NCBI GenBank assembly: GCA_965649225.1
Contig: CBFGJX010000011.1
Coordinates: 1-64,000 of the forward strand
Source: a candidate division WOR-3 bacterium
GTDB taxonomy: Bacteria; Hydrothermota; Tepidihabitantia; Tepidihabitantales; Tepidihabitantaceae
Length of the DNA: 64,000 nt
Direction of reading: 5' to 3'
The notes below the pieces were generated by a model, which saw nothing but the letters and a program-made list of their open reading frames with translations, did no database searches and had not been told where the DNA came from. The stretch's first letter is position 1; each line of letters opens with the position of its first letter. Made by a program: the position numbers and the translations under genes. Shown piece after piece: positions 37,415-46,999 of the stretch.

Positions 37415-37754
37415 CCGCGCCTGTCTGAAATTTGTCCTCGCACTCCGCCCTTATCGCTGTCTTGCACTGCCACCTGGCCACTTGAACCGGCCGACAACAA
37501 TTCACCGGACAACTCAAGATGAATCGTCGGCGCACAGCAAATTTGTTGTCGGCCCGGCTTCCGGCTCTGATTGGCAAACAGTCTGACAGACCGACACTTA
37601 CCCTGCCGCAGTCTTCGACCACCCGGCCGCCGGGGCAATGACGCCCCTTCTGTTTCCCGAGTCAATTCAAGTAATAGCCTTTCACGTCACTTCCCTTAGC
37701 CGGCAGACACCTGAGTCAACCCGCCGGAATGATGTTGCAGCCGAGAACAGAATC

Positions 37755-39050
37755 TCAGCCCGGCCTGCGGCCGAGGGCGGCGAGGGCTTCGCCGGCGAGG
37801 TAGAAGGAACCGGCGACGACGACCGGGCCGCGGCCAGCGATGCGCCGGGCCGCGGCCAGCGCCGAGGCCGCATCGGGCGCAGCGTCGTGCGGGATGCCGA
37901 GCCGGGTGAACGTCGACTTGAGCCGCGGCAGCGGCATCGCGCGCGGCGAAGAGGGCGCGACGAGGACCGCGCGACTGACCCACAGCGCGAGCGGCCGCAC
38001 GGTCGGGCCGACAAGCTTGCCGCGCAGCGAGCCGTAGACGAGCGTGACCTTGCGGCCGATGTGACAGCGAATCGCCTCGGCCAGGGCCGCGCCGGACTCG
38101 GGGTTGTGGCAGGAATCGACAACGACCAGCGGACTGCGCGACACGATCTCGCAGCGCGCCGGGATGCGCACGCCCTCCAGCCCGCGCCGCACTCCCGCCG
38201 CGGTGATGCGCGGGTCGCTCTTTGCCAGCAGGCCGAGCACGGCCAGCGCGGTGCGGCAGTTCTCGACCTGGTGCGCGCCCCACAACGGCAGTGCCACCGT
38301 GCCGCTGCCCAGTGAACCGCGCCAGCCGAACCGCACTCCCCGTGCGCCCGGTCTGACCCGTTCCACGCTCACCGCCGACACGGCCTCGACTGGCATTGCC
38401 CCGACCCGCCCGGCCTCTTTCAGCAGCGTTTCCAGCGCTTCCGGATAAGCCTGGCGGCCGATGACCGCGGGCCGTTTCGGTCGCATTATCCCGGCCTTCT
38501 CGCGTGCGATTTTCGCCGGAGTGCCGCCCAGCACCTTGATGTGGTCCAGCCCGATGAGCGTGATGACCGAGATGTCGGGATTGGTGAGATTGGTGGCGTC
38601 AAGCCGGCCGCCAAGTCCGACCTCCACGACCGCGCAGTCGACCCGCGCCCGCCGGAACGCCTCCAGCGCCAGCGCCGCAGTGAGCTCGAAATAGCTGACC
38701 GGCTGGCGCCGCACCAGTGGCGCGAACCGCTCGACCAGCCGCGCGAAAGCTTCGGGAGTAATCAACCGGCCGTTGAGTTGAATCCGCTCGCGGACGTCGA
38801 GGACGTGAGGCGATACGAACAGGCCGGTGCGCAGCCCGCACGCGCGCAGGGCCGATTCGATGAGATAGCAGGTCGAACCCTTGCCCTTGGTCCCGGCCAC
38901 GAGCACGATCCGGCGCAGACGTTCCTGCGGGTTGCCGGCCAGCCCAAGCAGCCGCCGGATGTCATCGAGCTTGAACTGGTCACGGGGCTTGGCCAGTTTC
39001 TCGTAATTGACCAGTCCGTCGAGAAAGGCGAGGACTTCGCTGTAACGCAA
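37755..39050 (-). CDS. folC: Folylpolyglutamate synthase/dihydrofolate synthase
   Basis: VAGTKGKGS, SPH..RERI, EVGLGGRLDATN, DSCHN. Confidence 0.95.
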   Translation of the reverse strand: MRYSEVLAFLDGLVNYEKLAKPRDQFKLDDIRRLLGLAGNPQERLRRIVLVAGTKGKGSTCYLIESALRACGLRTGLFVSPHVLDVRERIQLNGRLITPEAFARLVERFAPLVRRQPVSYFELTAALALEAFRRARVDCAVVEVGLGGRLDATNLTNPDISVITLIGLDHIKVLGGTPAKIAREKAGIMRPKRPAVIGRQAYPEALETLLKEAGRVGAMPVEAVSAVSVERVRPGARGVRFGWRGSLGSGTVALPLWGAHQVENCRTALAVLGLLAKSDPRITAAGVRRGLEGVRIPARCEIVSRSPLVVVDSCHNPESGAALAEAIRCHIGRKVTLVYGSLRGKLVGPTVRPLALWVSRAVLVAPSSPRAMPLPRLKSTFTRLGIPHDAAPDAASALAAARRIAGRGPVVVAGSFYLAGEALAALGRRPG

Positions 39051-39059
39051 CCGGTTAGG

Positions 39060-40427
39060 CTAACGCAGTATGACCTTCTCGACCGTGCGCAGCGTTGGGC
39101 CGGCAAGTTCGACCAGATACACGCCCGGCCTGTAGCCGGTGAGGTCAATCCCGTTGCCGGTTCGCCGCACCCTGACCTCGCGTCCGGCTGCGTCGAACAC
39201 GCGGCAGCGCGCGTCCACGTCTGCGGCGCGGCTGAACCGCACCAGCCCGGTCGTCGGATTGGGCTGAAGAGCCACTGCTGGCCGCACCGTTCCTGTCTCG
39301 GTTACGGCCGAGCCCGCGCCGAGAAAGCAGTAGAGGGACTCGTTCATCGCCCCGAAGTAGACGCGCCCATGACGGCTGATGGCAGGTGACGACCAGACTT
39401 CGTCGCCGATTGTGTGACTGGAAAGTACCGTCGAATCCGGGCCGATGCAGTAAAATGCACTGGCTGCGGCATTGGCTGAACCGACATAGACATAGCCGCT
39501 GGCGTCCACGGCCGGCGAGCAGTAGTTGGTGCCGCCGATTGATTTGCGCCAGCGCACGCCCGAATCGGTGCTGACGTTGTAAAGCCGGGTGCCGGCCGTC
39601 ACGTAGAGCGTGGACTCGTTGGCCACGGCCGGGCAGGAATTGATGACCGCAGCCAGGCTGTCGCGCCACCTGACCGTGCCGTTGGGCCGCACCGCGTACA
39701 GGTACCGGCCCGCGCCGAGGTAAATGGTCGAGTCGGGCCCAACCGCCGGCGAAGCGAAATCAGACCCGGCCGCAAGCGGCAGCCGCCACGCCTCGGTGCC
39801 GTCGGGATTGAAAGCCCAGAGATTCCAGTTCGCCCCGCGGGTCGTGGCAACGAGAATGCGGCCGTCCAGCCCGATTGCCGGCGCCGAGTTGATATCGCCG
39901 CCGAGATTGGCGGCCCAGGCCAGCGTACTGTCGGGATTGAGCGCATAGAGCGAGTCCGAATATGCGCCGAAGTAGATTTTGCCGTCGGTGCCGATAACGG
40001 GCGAATGGCTGATCGAAAGACCGTTGTGCGACGGCCAGGCCCAGAGCACTGTGCCCGTTGGGCTGACCTTGACCAGCTTACGGTTGGTGGTGATGTAGGC
40101 GTTGCCCGATTCGTCCAGCGCCGGCGTCGAGTAGTAGATGCTCGAACCGTATGCCGACAGGTCGGCAATCCAGTAGACGCTCGCCAGACCGGGTTCAAAA
40201 CAGTAAAGCTTCACGTCCCGTGCCCCGACCAGAACCGCGTTATCGTCGCGCACCACCGGCGAGCCGGATACATCGCCACCGACACGGTACGATGCCAGTC
40301 GGACCAGCGGTGCGCCCACCGGCGCGCTGGAGCGGCCCGAATGCTGGGGGTCGCCGTGAAAACAGGCCCAGGGATGCGCCGCCGCAGCAACCGACAGCGC
40401 CGACAAAACAACGACAAGGCACTTCAT
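39060..40427 (-). CDS. Secreted PQQ-like beta-propeller protein with T9SS-type CTD
   Basis: Signal peptide; SPAIG.DG.IY repeats; PNPTTG..FDAAGR..PGVYLV..KVILR. Confidence 0.85.
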   Translation of the reverse strand: MKCLVVVLSALSVAAAAHPWACFHGDPQHSGRSSAPVGAPLVRLASYRVGGDVSGSPVVRDDNAVLVGARDVKLYCFEPGLASVYWIADLSAYGSSIYYSTPALDESGNAYITTNRKLVKVSPTGTVLWAWPSHNGLSISHSPVIGTDGKIYFGAYSDSLYALNPDSTLAWAANLGGDINSAPAIGLDGRILVATTRGANWNLWAFNPDGTEAWRLPLAAGSDFASPAVGPDSTIYLGAGRYLYAVRPNGTVRWRDSLAAVINSCPAVANESTLYVTAGTRLYNVSTDSGVRWRKSIGGTNYCSPAVDASGYVYVGSANAAASAFYCIGPDSTVLSSHTIGDEVWSSPAISRHGRVYFGAMNESLYCFLGAGSAVTETGTVRPAVALQPNPTTGLVRFSRAADVDARCRVFDAAGREVRVRRTGNGIDLTGYRPGVYLVELAGPTLRTVEKVILR

Positions 40428-41192
40428 CTAGACCTCCTGCGGGTTTTCCGGCCCGCTTCTCAGCTCGATGCCGCGCCGGCTCGAACCAATGAACGCCAGT
40501 ATCGCCTCCAGTTCTTCCCGGCCCTGGCCCGGCAATGCCGCCGGCAACAGCTCGGTTCTGATTCTGGCGCACGCCGCCGACAGGGTCAATCCCGCCCGCC
40601 ACACCAGCCGGAATGCGGCCTTGATTGCCGCCACCTGCCCGGGCGAGAATCCAGCCCGCCCCAGCCCGACGCTGTTCACTCCGCGCACCCGCGCCGGCCG
40701 GCCGGCAGCCAGCATATAGGGCGGAATATCCTTGTTAACATAGGAATGGGCGCCAACCATCGCCAGTGCGCCGATCCGGCAGTACTGATGTATCCCGGTC
40801 TGGCCGCCGATATTGGCCCGGTCGCCGACTTCGACGTGACCGCCGAGCTGGACTCCGCTGGTCAGTACGCAGCCCGAACCGACCCGGCAGTTGTGCGCGA
40901 TATGAACGTAGGTCATCACCGTGTTGTTGTCGCCGACGACGGTCGAATTGCCCGCGCCCGAGGCCCGATGCACCGTCGCATACTCGAAAAATGTATTACC
41001 CGAACCGATGACGACCTCGGTATCCTCGCCCGCGTACTTGTGATCCATCGGCGGCCCGCCGATGCACACTCCGGCCGCGAACCGGTTACGCGGCCCGATG
41101 CGCACCCGGCCCTCGAAAACGCAGTAAGGCCCGACCGAGCAGTCCGGCCCCAGTTCGACCTGCGGCCCGATGACCGTGGACGGATGCCGCAC
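40428..41192 (-). CDS. lpxA: UDP-N-acetylglucosamine acyltransferase
   Basis: Hexapeptide repeats, HIAHNC, IHQYCRIG, KDIPPY. Confidence 0.92.
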   Translation of the reverse strand: MRHPSTVIGPQVELGPDCSVGPYCVFEGRVRIGPRNRFAAGVCIGGPPMDHKYAGEDTEVVIGSGNTFFEYATVHRASGAGNSTVVGDNNTVMTYVHIAHNCRVGSGCVLTSGVQLGGHVEVGDRANIGGQTGIHQYCRIGALAMVGAHSYVNKDIPPYMLAAGRPARVRGVNSVGLGRAGFSPGQVAAIKAAFRLVWRAGLTLSAACARIRTELLPAALPGQGREELEAILAFIGSSRRGIELRSGPENPQEV

Positions 41193-41629
41193 TAGCGCAG
41201 TGCACCGGTGACCCGGGCAAAGCAGGCGAGTTCGTCGCCGGCCCGGGCCTCGCCACTCAGCTTGTAAACCCCGGCCTTGCCGCCATCAACCCGGGCACGC
41301 AGAATCAACCGCTCGCCCGGCCGCACCATCCGCCGGAATCGCACCTGGTCGATAGCGGCAAACAAGGTATTACGGCCCCGCCGCTCCTCATATTTCGTCA
41401 GGACCAAAAGAATCCCGGCCTGCGCGATTGCCTCCACCATCAGCACTCCCGGCAGCACCGGGTTGCCCGGGAAGTGACCGGGGAAGTAAAAGGCGTCGGC
41501 GCGAACATCGTGAAACGCCTCGATGCCCGCCTCACGGTCGAGCATCGTCACGCCATCAACAAAAAGAAACGGCTCACGATGGGGCAGATACTGCTTCACT
41601 GCCACGCTGTCCATAACCAGTTCCTGCAT
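41192..41629 (-). CDS. fabZ: 3-hydroxyacyl-ACP dehydratase
   Basis: LPHREPFLFVD, GHFPGNPVLPGVLMVEAIAQ. Confidence 0.95.
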   Translation of the reverse strand: MQELVMDSVAVKQYLPHREPFLFVDGVTMLDREAGIEAFHDVRADAFYFPGHFPGNPVLPGVLMVEAIAQAGILLVLTKYEERRGRNTLFAAIDQVRFRRMVRPGERLILRARVDGGKAGVYKLSGEARAGDELACFARVTGALR

Positions 41630-42427
41630 TCAACCTCCGTTCTCTTCTTTCTCAATCATTCGCACCAGCCGCCGGTTCATCTGGTGACCGGGCAGCACCG
41701 CCAGTACAGCCGCAACCAGCGGCCGGTTCAACAATGCCAAATCGCCAAGCAAATCCAGCAGCTTGTGGCGGCATGCCTCGCAGTCAAGCCGCGTCCGTGC
41801 CGGCACCAGCCATCCCCCTGTCTCACGTACCGCGAAACCGAGTTTGAGCCGCGCGACCAGACTCATCCCGCCCCTGACCGGTCCGAAAGTCCTTGCCGGG
41901 GCAAGTTCGCGCAGGAAACCGGCTGCACCTGCCCGCCAGCTCATGGTCTGGGCCGAACCATCCGGCGCGAGTGCGAGACAGGTGAGAGCCAGCCGTGCGG
42001 CCGGCAGCGCGACAATCACCCTGTTGCCGCTGGCCACGGTTACCTTCCGCCGCAGCCGCAGCGGTTCAATCCGGCCGGTTCGCACCAGCCCGGCGGTCAG
42101 CAGCGCCCTGGTCCAGGGCAGGGCGCTGCCATCCAGCAGCGGCAGCGAATGGCCCTTGACCGTCACTGTCAGGTCGGTGACGCCGAGCCCATTACAGGCA
42201 GCCAGCAGATGCTCCGCCAGTCCCACCCGGCCGATGTAAACGGTGTGGTTGCACACCGAAGCCGTAGCCGTGCTGGCGCGCACCCCGTTGATGGTGATAC
42301 CGCTTCCGGCCGGAGCCGGTGCCAGCATCGCCGCGGTCGGTTCCCGCCGCCAGGGATCAAACCCGCGTCGCGCAACCGGCCGACCGATTGTTGCCCGCTT
42401 CAAGCCCGGTGCCGAAACCGCCGCCAC
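41630..42427 (-). CDS. lpxC: UDP-3-O-acyl-GlcNAc deacetylase (divergent)
   Basis: EHLLAA, LPLLDGSA, APARTF, RHKLLDLLGDL. Confidence 0.85.
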   Translation of the reverse strand: MAAVSAPGLKRATIGRPVARRGFDPWRREPTAAMLAPAPAGSGITINGVRASTATASVCNHTVYIGRVGLAEHLLAACNGLGVTDLTVTVKGHSLPLLDGSALPWTRALLTAGLVRTGRIEPLRLRRKVTVASGNRVIVALPAARLALTCLALAPDGSAQTMSWRAGAAGFLRELAPARTFGPVRGGMSLVARLKLGFAVRETGGWLVPARTRLDCEACRHKLLDLLGDLALLNRPLVAAVLAVLPGHQMNRRLVRMIEKEENGG

Positions 42428-43044
42428 ACCGCGGCCAGTACCCGCTGCACCTCGGCATGAGGCCGGGCCGGAATACCGGACCAGACCGCCCCAGCCGGCA
42501 CCGACCGGAAAACCGCCGACTTGGCCAGAATCACTGCATCATCGCCAATCACGACGTGGTCGCGCACCCCGGCCTGCCCCGCGATACGCACCCGGTTGCC
42601 GATGTGGGCGCTGCCGGCGATGCCAACCTGTCCGGCAATCGCGCAGTCCCGGCCAATCACGACATTGTGGGCAATGTGAACCTGGCAGTCAATTTTCGTG
42701 CCGGCCCCGATGCGGGTTTCGCGTCCGGTGCGTGCCCGCGCCACCGTGCAGTTGGCGCCGATCTCGACATCGTCCTCGATCGTCACCGTCCCGTCATGCT
42801 CAAGGCGCTGCCAGTGACCATCGACCAGTGCAAACCCGAAACCTTCACAGCCGACCACGGTGCCGGCGCCGATCCGCACCCGCTCCCCCAGCCGGGCCGG
42901 CCCAAGGATGACGGCATTCGGGCCGATTTCGCTGCCCGCGCCGATGCTCACCCGCGGGCCAATCACCGCGCCGGGATGAACCGTGACATCCGCGGCCAGT
43001 TCTGCATCGGCCGCAATCAGCGCCTGGTTATGGCTTCTGAGCAC
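42400..43044 (-). CDS. lpxD: LpxD-like N-acyltransferase (short form)
   Basis: GCEGFGF, IEDDVEIGAN, KIDCQVHIAHNV; only 214 aa. Confidence 0.85.
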   Translation of the reverse strand: MLRSHNQALIAADAELAADVTVHPGAVIGPRVSIGAGSEIGPNAVILGPARLGERVRIGAGTVVGCEGFGFALVDGHWQRLEHDGTVTIEDDVEIGANCTVARARTGRETRIGAGTKIDCQVHIAHNVVIGRDCAIAGQVGIAGSAHIGNRVRIAGQAGVRDHVVIGDDAVILAKSAVFRSVPAGAVWSGIPARPHAEVQRVLAAVWRRFRHRA

Positions 43045-43969
43045 TGGCCAGCAAAACCCGAACCACGGTCGCCACCCGCTCGCGCAATTCCTCGTCCCGC
43101 GCCGACTCGCCCGACTCGGTTTTCAGCACCGTGCCGAGCCGGACATCGACCACCGACAGCTCAAACCGAGTCCGCCGCTCTTCCTTGCTGCACACGCCCC
43201 AGACTGCATAATCGGCATCCAGTGCCCGGGCGACGTCCAGCACATCCGAACTCGCCAGCTGTTTCCCGGCCATGCCGCGATCCTGCAACTGCTGGTCAAC
43301 CTTGCCCGATGGCGTCATCTCGGTCCCCGACTGGTCACGGATCAGGTTGTAAACAATCTCGCGCACCCGCTGACCCGCCAGGTCACGCTGAGCCTGATCG
43401 TTGGTGTTGCTGATTGGCATCACCGCCCAGATGGTCTTCTTTGCCGCGGGGGTGACCGGCACGTATTCGCGGTTCAGCTCCTCGATCACCGCCTCAGTGA
43501 TGTCCAGCCCCGGCTGAGCATAGACCACCGGTGCCTTGGCGGCATCCAGCACGATGGCATAACCTTCGCTCTCGGCAATCCGCGCCACGGCCGACTCGAC
43601 CTGGGCCGTAATCGGCGCAATCAGCTCGCGGTTACGCTGATCAATCCGCCCGCCGCGTCCCCAGACTTCATTGACATAGCTTTCCCACGCCCGCTTCAAC
43701 CGTTCAACCTCAGCCGCCCGCTGCCGCCGGCCCGATTCTGACAGTGTCGGCGACTGAGACTCAAACTCGGTCTTGGCGGCCTCCCAGGCGCTTTTCAGCG
43801 AATCGGCCCGCGTCTCAAAACGGCGCACGGCCTCGTCCATTTCCTTTTTGGCATCCGCCGCCTTCTCATAGCGTGCAACGACCCGCTCGGTATCAACGTA
43901 ACCAAGCCGGAATTCCTTTGCCAGCAGCGGCACTGCCAGCACCAGCACCGCCAGCGATAAGTTCTTCAA
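43028..43969 (-). CDS. OmpH/Skp chaperone with extra C-terminal domain
   Basis: Signal peptide; LGYVD..coiled coil..VVYA..LDITEAVIEELN, then ~130-aa alpha/beta domain. Confidence 0.8.
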   Translation of the reverse strand: MKNLSLAVLVLAVPLLAKEFRLGYVDTERVVARYEKAADAKKEMDEAVRRFETRADSLKSAWEAAKTEFESQSPTLSESGRRQRAAEVERLKRAWESYVNEVWGRGGRIDQRNRELIAPITAQVESAVARIAESEGYAIVLDAAKAPVVYAQPGLDITEAVIEELNREYVPVTPAAKKTIWAVMPISNTNDQAQRDLAGQRVREIVYNLIRDQSGTEMTPSGKVDQQLQDRGMAGKQLASSDVLDVARALDADYAVWGVCSKEERRTRFELSVVDVRLGTVLKTESGESARDEELRERVATVVRVLLASAQKP

Positions 43970-44028
43970 CTCATCCTCCTAGTCCGGATACGGGCGCAGC
44001 GATTCTGCGCCTGACGGCTTTTTTCAGC

Positions 44029-45282
44029 TTATTGACTCGTTTTCGGATTGTCAACGACCTTGCCGGTCAACCCGTCGGCACCGGCCTCAAGCCGCACTGT
44101 CTGGAGTTCACCCGCTACTGCCGGTCCTGCCAGCCGCACACGCAGATAATTATCGGTCAGCCCCCGCTGTCCGGATTCAGCCAGCACCATCCGCACCTGC
44201 CCGACAAACCGCGCGGCAAAACCGGCCCGGTGCCGGTCGCCAAGTTCCCGTAGCCACCGCACCCGCTGCCGCACCACCGCACTCGGAATCCGTCCCGGCA
44301 GCGCTGCCGCCGGTGTTCCCGGCCGGGGCGAAAAACTGAACGCGTGCAAATAAGCGAGCGGCAGATCGGCAATGAACTGCCGGGTAATCTGAAACGACTC
44401 CTCCGTCTCGCCCGGCAGCCCGGCAATGACATCCACCCCCAGTGCCACATCGGGGCAGCGGCGCACCGCCTCGTCGCACAACCGTTCAAAATCGGCCGCC
44501 ACTCCCGGCCGTCCCAGTCGCGCCAGCAGCCGGTCATCGGCGGTTTGCAGCGGCAGATGGAGATGGGGACAGAGTTTCTCATGCCCGAGCAGGTCCAGCA
44601 GGGCATCGTCAACCGTGTCCGGCTCCAGCGAACCGAGGCGCAGTCGGAACCGACCCGGTCGTTCCAGCAGCCGGGCAACCAGGCCGGCCAGCCTGTTGCC
44701 GACGCTGTCCCGCCACGCGCCCAGATTCAGCCCGGTCAGCACCACCTCTCGGTAACCGGCCGCAACCAGCCGGTCCAGCGCCGGCACCAGCTCGGCGGCC
44801 GGCACCGACCGTTCCGGTCCGCGCAACTGTGCGACAACACAATAACCACAGCGGCGGGAACAGCCGTCCTGGACTTTCAAAAGCGCCCGCGTCCGGCCCG
44901 GCGCCGGCACCGCGCCGGCAATAAACTCCTGCTTCCGACGGTTGTCCCAGACTTCAACCACACCGGGCAAACCCTGCAGCCGTGCCGGCGCCCGCTCAGC
45001 CAGACAGCCCAGCACGACAATCCGCGGTGCGTGCGCCAGCCGGCCGGCACGTCGGATCATTGCCAGCGAACTGCGGTCCGCGGCCGCGGTAACGGTGCAG
45101 GTGTTGACAAACACCACATCGGCGGCGGCCAGACTGGCAACAATCGCGATGCCCTGCCGGTGCAGTTGCGCCCGCAGGGCATCGCTCTCGGATTGATTCA
45201 GCCGGCAGCCGACCGTGACAATTGCCGCCCTTGGCGGCCGGCTGTCGTTACTCGTCGTCGAATTCGCGCAGATGATCCTCAA
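44029..45282 (-). CDS. mtaB: tRNA t6A37 methylthiotransferase (start uncertain)
   Basis: GCRLNQSES, NTCTVT, LKVQDGCSRRCGYC, FSPRPGTPAA. Confidence 0.88.
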   Translation of the reverse strand: MRIICANSTTSNDSRPPRAAIVTVGCRLNQSESDALRAQLHRQGIAIVASLAAADVVFVNTCTVTAAADRSSLAMIRRAGRLAHAPRIVVLGCLAERAPARLQGLPGVVEVWDNRRKQEFIAGAVPAPGRTRALLKVQDGCSRRCGYCVVAQLRGPERSVPAAELVPALDRLVAAGYREVVLTGLNLGAWRDSVGNRLAGLVARLLERPGRFRLRLGSLEPDTVDDALLDLLGHEKLCPHLHLPLQTADDRLLARLGRPGVAADFERLCDEAVRRCPDVALGVDVIAGLPGETEESFQITRQFIADLPLAYLHAFSFSPRPGTPAAALPGRIPSAVVRQRVRWLRELGDRHRAGFAARFVGQVRMVLAESGQRGLTDNYLRVRLAGPAVAGELQTVRLEAGADGLTGKVVDNPKTSQ

Positions 45283-46999
45283 GCGTGAACTTGTCAAGCG
45301 CCGCGTCCTCGTGCATCCGCTCCTCCTCGGCCTCGCGCGCCCGGCGGTCGCGGTCACGACCCCGCCGGCGGGGACCGGCTTCAGGCTCGACCGGTTGCGG
45401 AGATTCCTCCGCTGCCGGCTCCTCAGCTGCCTGCAGCGCCCGTTCGCTGAGGGCAATCCGGCGATGTTCCATGTCGACCCGGATAACCTTCAGCTCCAGC
45501 TCCTCGCCGATAACGTATTTCTCCTTCGCCTTCTTGCCACCGCGGGCAAGATGGGAAAGAGGTACGAAACCCTCGATGCCATAATTGAGTTGAACCACAA
45601 CTCCCGGCTTGGGCAAATCGACGATCCGGGCGCGGACGACATCGCCCTCCTTCAGTTCGCGGCTGATGGTATAAAACGGATCTTCCTGCGTCTGCTTCAG
45701 TCCAAGCGTGATCCGGCGATTCTCCTTGTCGATACCAAGGATAATCGTCTCAACTTCCTGACCCTTCTTCAGCTCCTCGCGCGGATGCTTTATCCGTTTG
45801 GTCCAGGAAATATCGGCGTTGTGAATCAGGCCCTCGATGCCCTCCTCAATCTCGACAAACGCACCGAAATCCTTCAAGGCCCGCACCTTGCCGGTCACCC
45901 GCTGGCCGACGAAATACTTCTCGTCCACCAGCGACCACGGGTCGGGCATTGTCTGTTTCAGCCCGAGCGAAATCCGGCGGTTCTCCTTGTCGATACTCAG
46001 CACCACCGTCTCGACTTCCTCGTCGACCTTGACAATCTGGGACGGATGGTAAACCGACTTGGTCCAGGACATTTCCGAGATGTGAATCAGACCCTCGACG
46101 CCCTTTTCCAGCTCGACAAACGCGCCATACTCGGCGAGTGTCGTCACCCGGCCGCGTACCCGGCTGCCGACCGGATACTTCTCTTCCACCCGCTCCCAGG
46201 GGTGAGGTGAAAGCTGCTTCAGCCCGACGGTAATCCGGCCCGAAGCGGCATCGGCCGACAGCACCTTGACATTCAGTTTGTCGCCGACCTGCACCACTTC
46301 GGTGGGATGAACCACCTTGGTCCAGGACAGGTCTGAAATGTGCAGCAGCGCATCGATTCCGCCGATGTCAATGAACGCGCCGAAGTCGGTGATGGTCTTG
46401 ACCGTACCCTCAATCACATCACCGACCTGAAGTCGGGAAAACACCTCGCGCCGCACCTGCTCCTGCCGTTCCTCCAGCAACAGCCGGCGGGAAACGACGA
46501 TGTTCTTCTTGTAAAAGTTGACCGAGAGGATTTTCACCTCGAGCTGACGGCCAACCAGCTCGTCGAGGTTCGGCACCGGCCGGAGATCCACCTGCGAACC
46601 GGGCAGAAACGCATCCAGGCCCAGAATCTCGACTGCCAGCCCACCCTTGACGCGCTTTATTACTGTCGCGGGCACACCCTCAGACGACTCCGACTTCTGC
46701 TTGATCATTTCCCAGCCGAGCTGGAAATCGGCCTTCTTTTTGGAAATCACCGGGAAGCCGTCGCGGTCCTCCAGCGCCTCCAGAAAAACCTTCACCTCGT
46801 CGCCTTCGGCGACGGCATCAAAGTTGCGGAATTCTCCGGCGTCCAGCACACCCTCGGCCTTCAGGCCAATGTCAACCAGCACAACTCCGGGCAGCTTTTT
46901 TACCACCCGGCCGGTCACGATCTCGCCCGGCCGGAGACTGGGAAACGAATCGGCGTAAATATCCGCCGGCTTCGTCGCTCTGTTATCATCAGACATCAA
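45248..46999 (-). CDS. rpsA: 30S ribosomal protein S1
   Basis: Six S1 domains (DFGAFID, GLIHISEMSW). Confidence 0.97.
   Translation of the reverse strand: MMSDDNRATKPADIYADSFPSLRPGEIVTGRVVKKLPGVVLVDIGLKAEGVLDAGEFRNFDAVAEGDEVKVFLEALEDRDGFPVISKKKADFQLGWEMIKQKSESSEGVPATVIKRVKGGLAVEILGLDAFLPGSQVDLRPVPNLDELVGRQLEVKILSVNFYKKNIVVSRRLLLEERQEQVRREVFSRLQVGDVIEGTVKTITDFGAFIDIGGIDALLHISDLSWTKVVHPTEVVQVGDKLNVKVLSADAASGRITVGLKQLSPHPWERVEEKYPVGSRVRGRVTTLAEYGAFVELEKGVEGLIHISEMSWTKSVYHPSQIVKVDEEVETVVLSIDKENRRISLGLKQTMPDPWSLVDEKYFVGQRVTGKVRALKDFGAFVEIEEGIEGLIHNADISWTKRIKHPREELKKGQEVETIILGIDKENRRITLGLKQTQEDPFYTISRELKEGDVVRARIVDLPKPGVVVQLNYGIEGFVPLSHLARGGKKAKEKYVIGEELELKVIRVDMEHRRIALSERALQAAEEPAAEESPQPVEPEAGPRRRGRDRDRRAREAEEERMHEDAALDKFTLEDHLREFDDE

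Noticed and set aside
6761..40430. Genome-wide TAG recoding, suggested by in-frame neighbours etfB/coaE, ferredoxin/barrel and lpxA/propeller
   Set aside because: Each upstream protein ends at its normal family C-terminus, two of the three downstream genes have their own ATG, and no conserved gene contains an internal TAG
43993..44025. GGCGCAG/CTGCGCC hairpin as an intrinsic terminator
   Set aside because: The T-run lies on the strand opposite to the flanking genes and is offset from the stem
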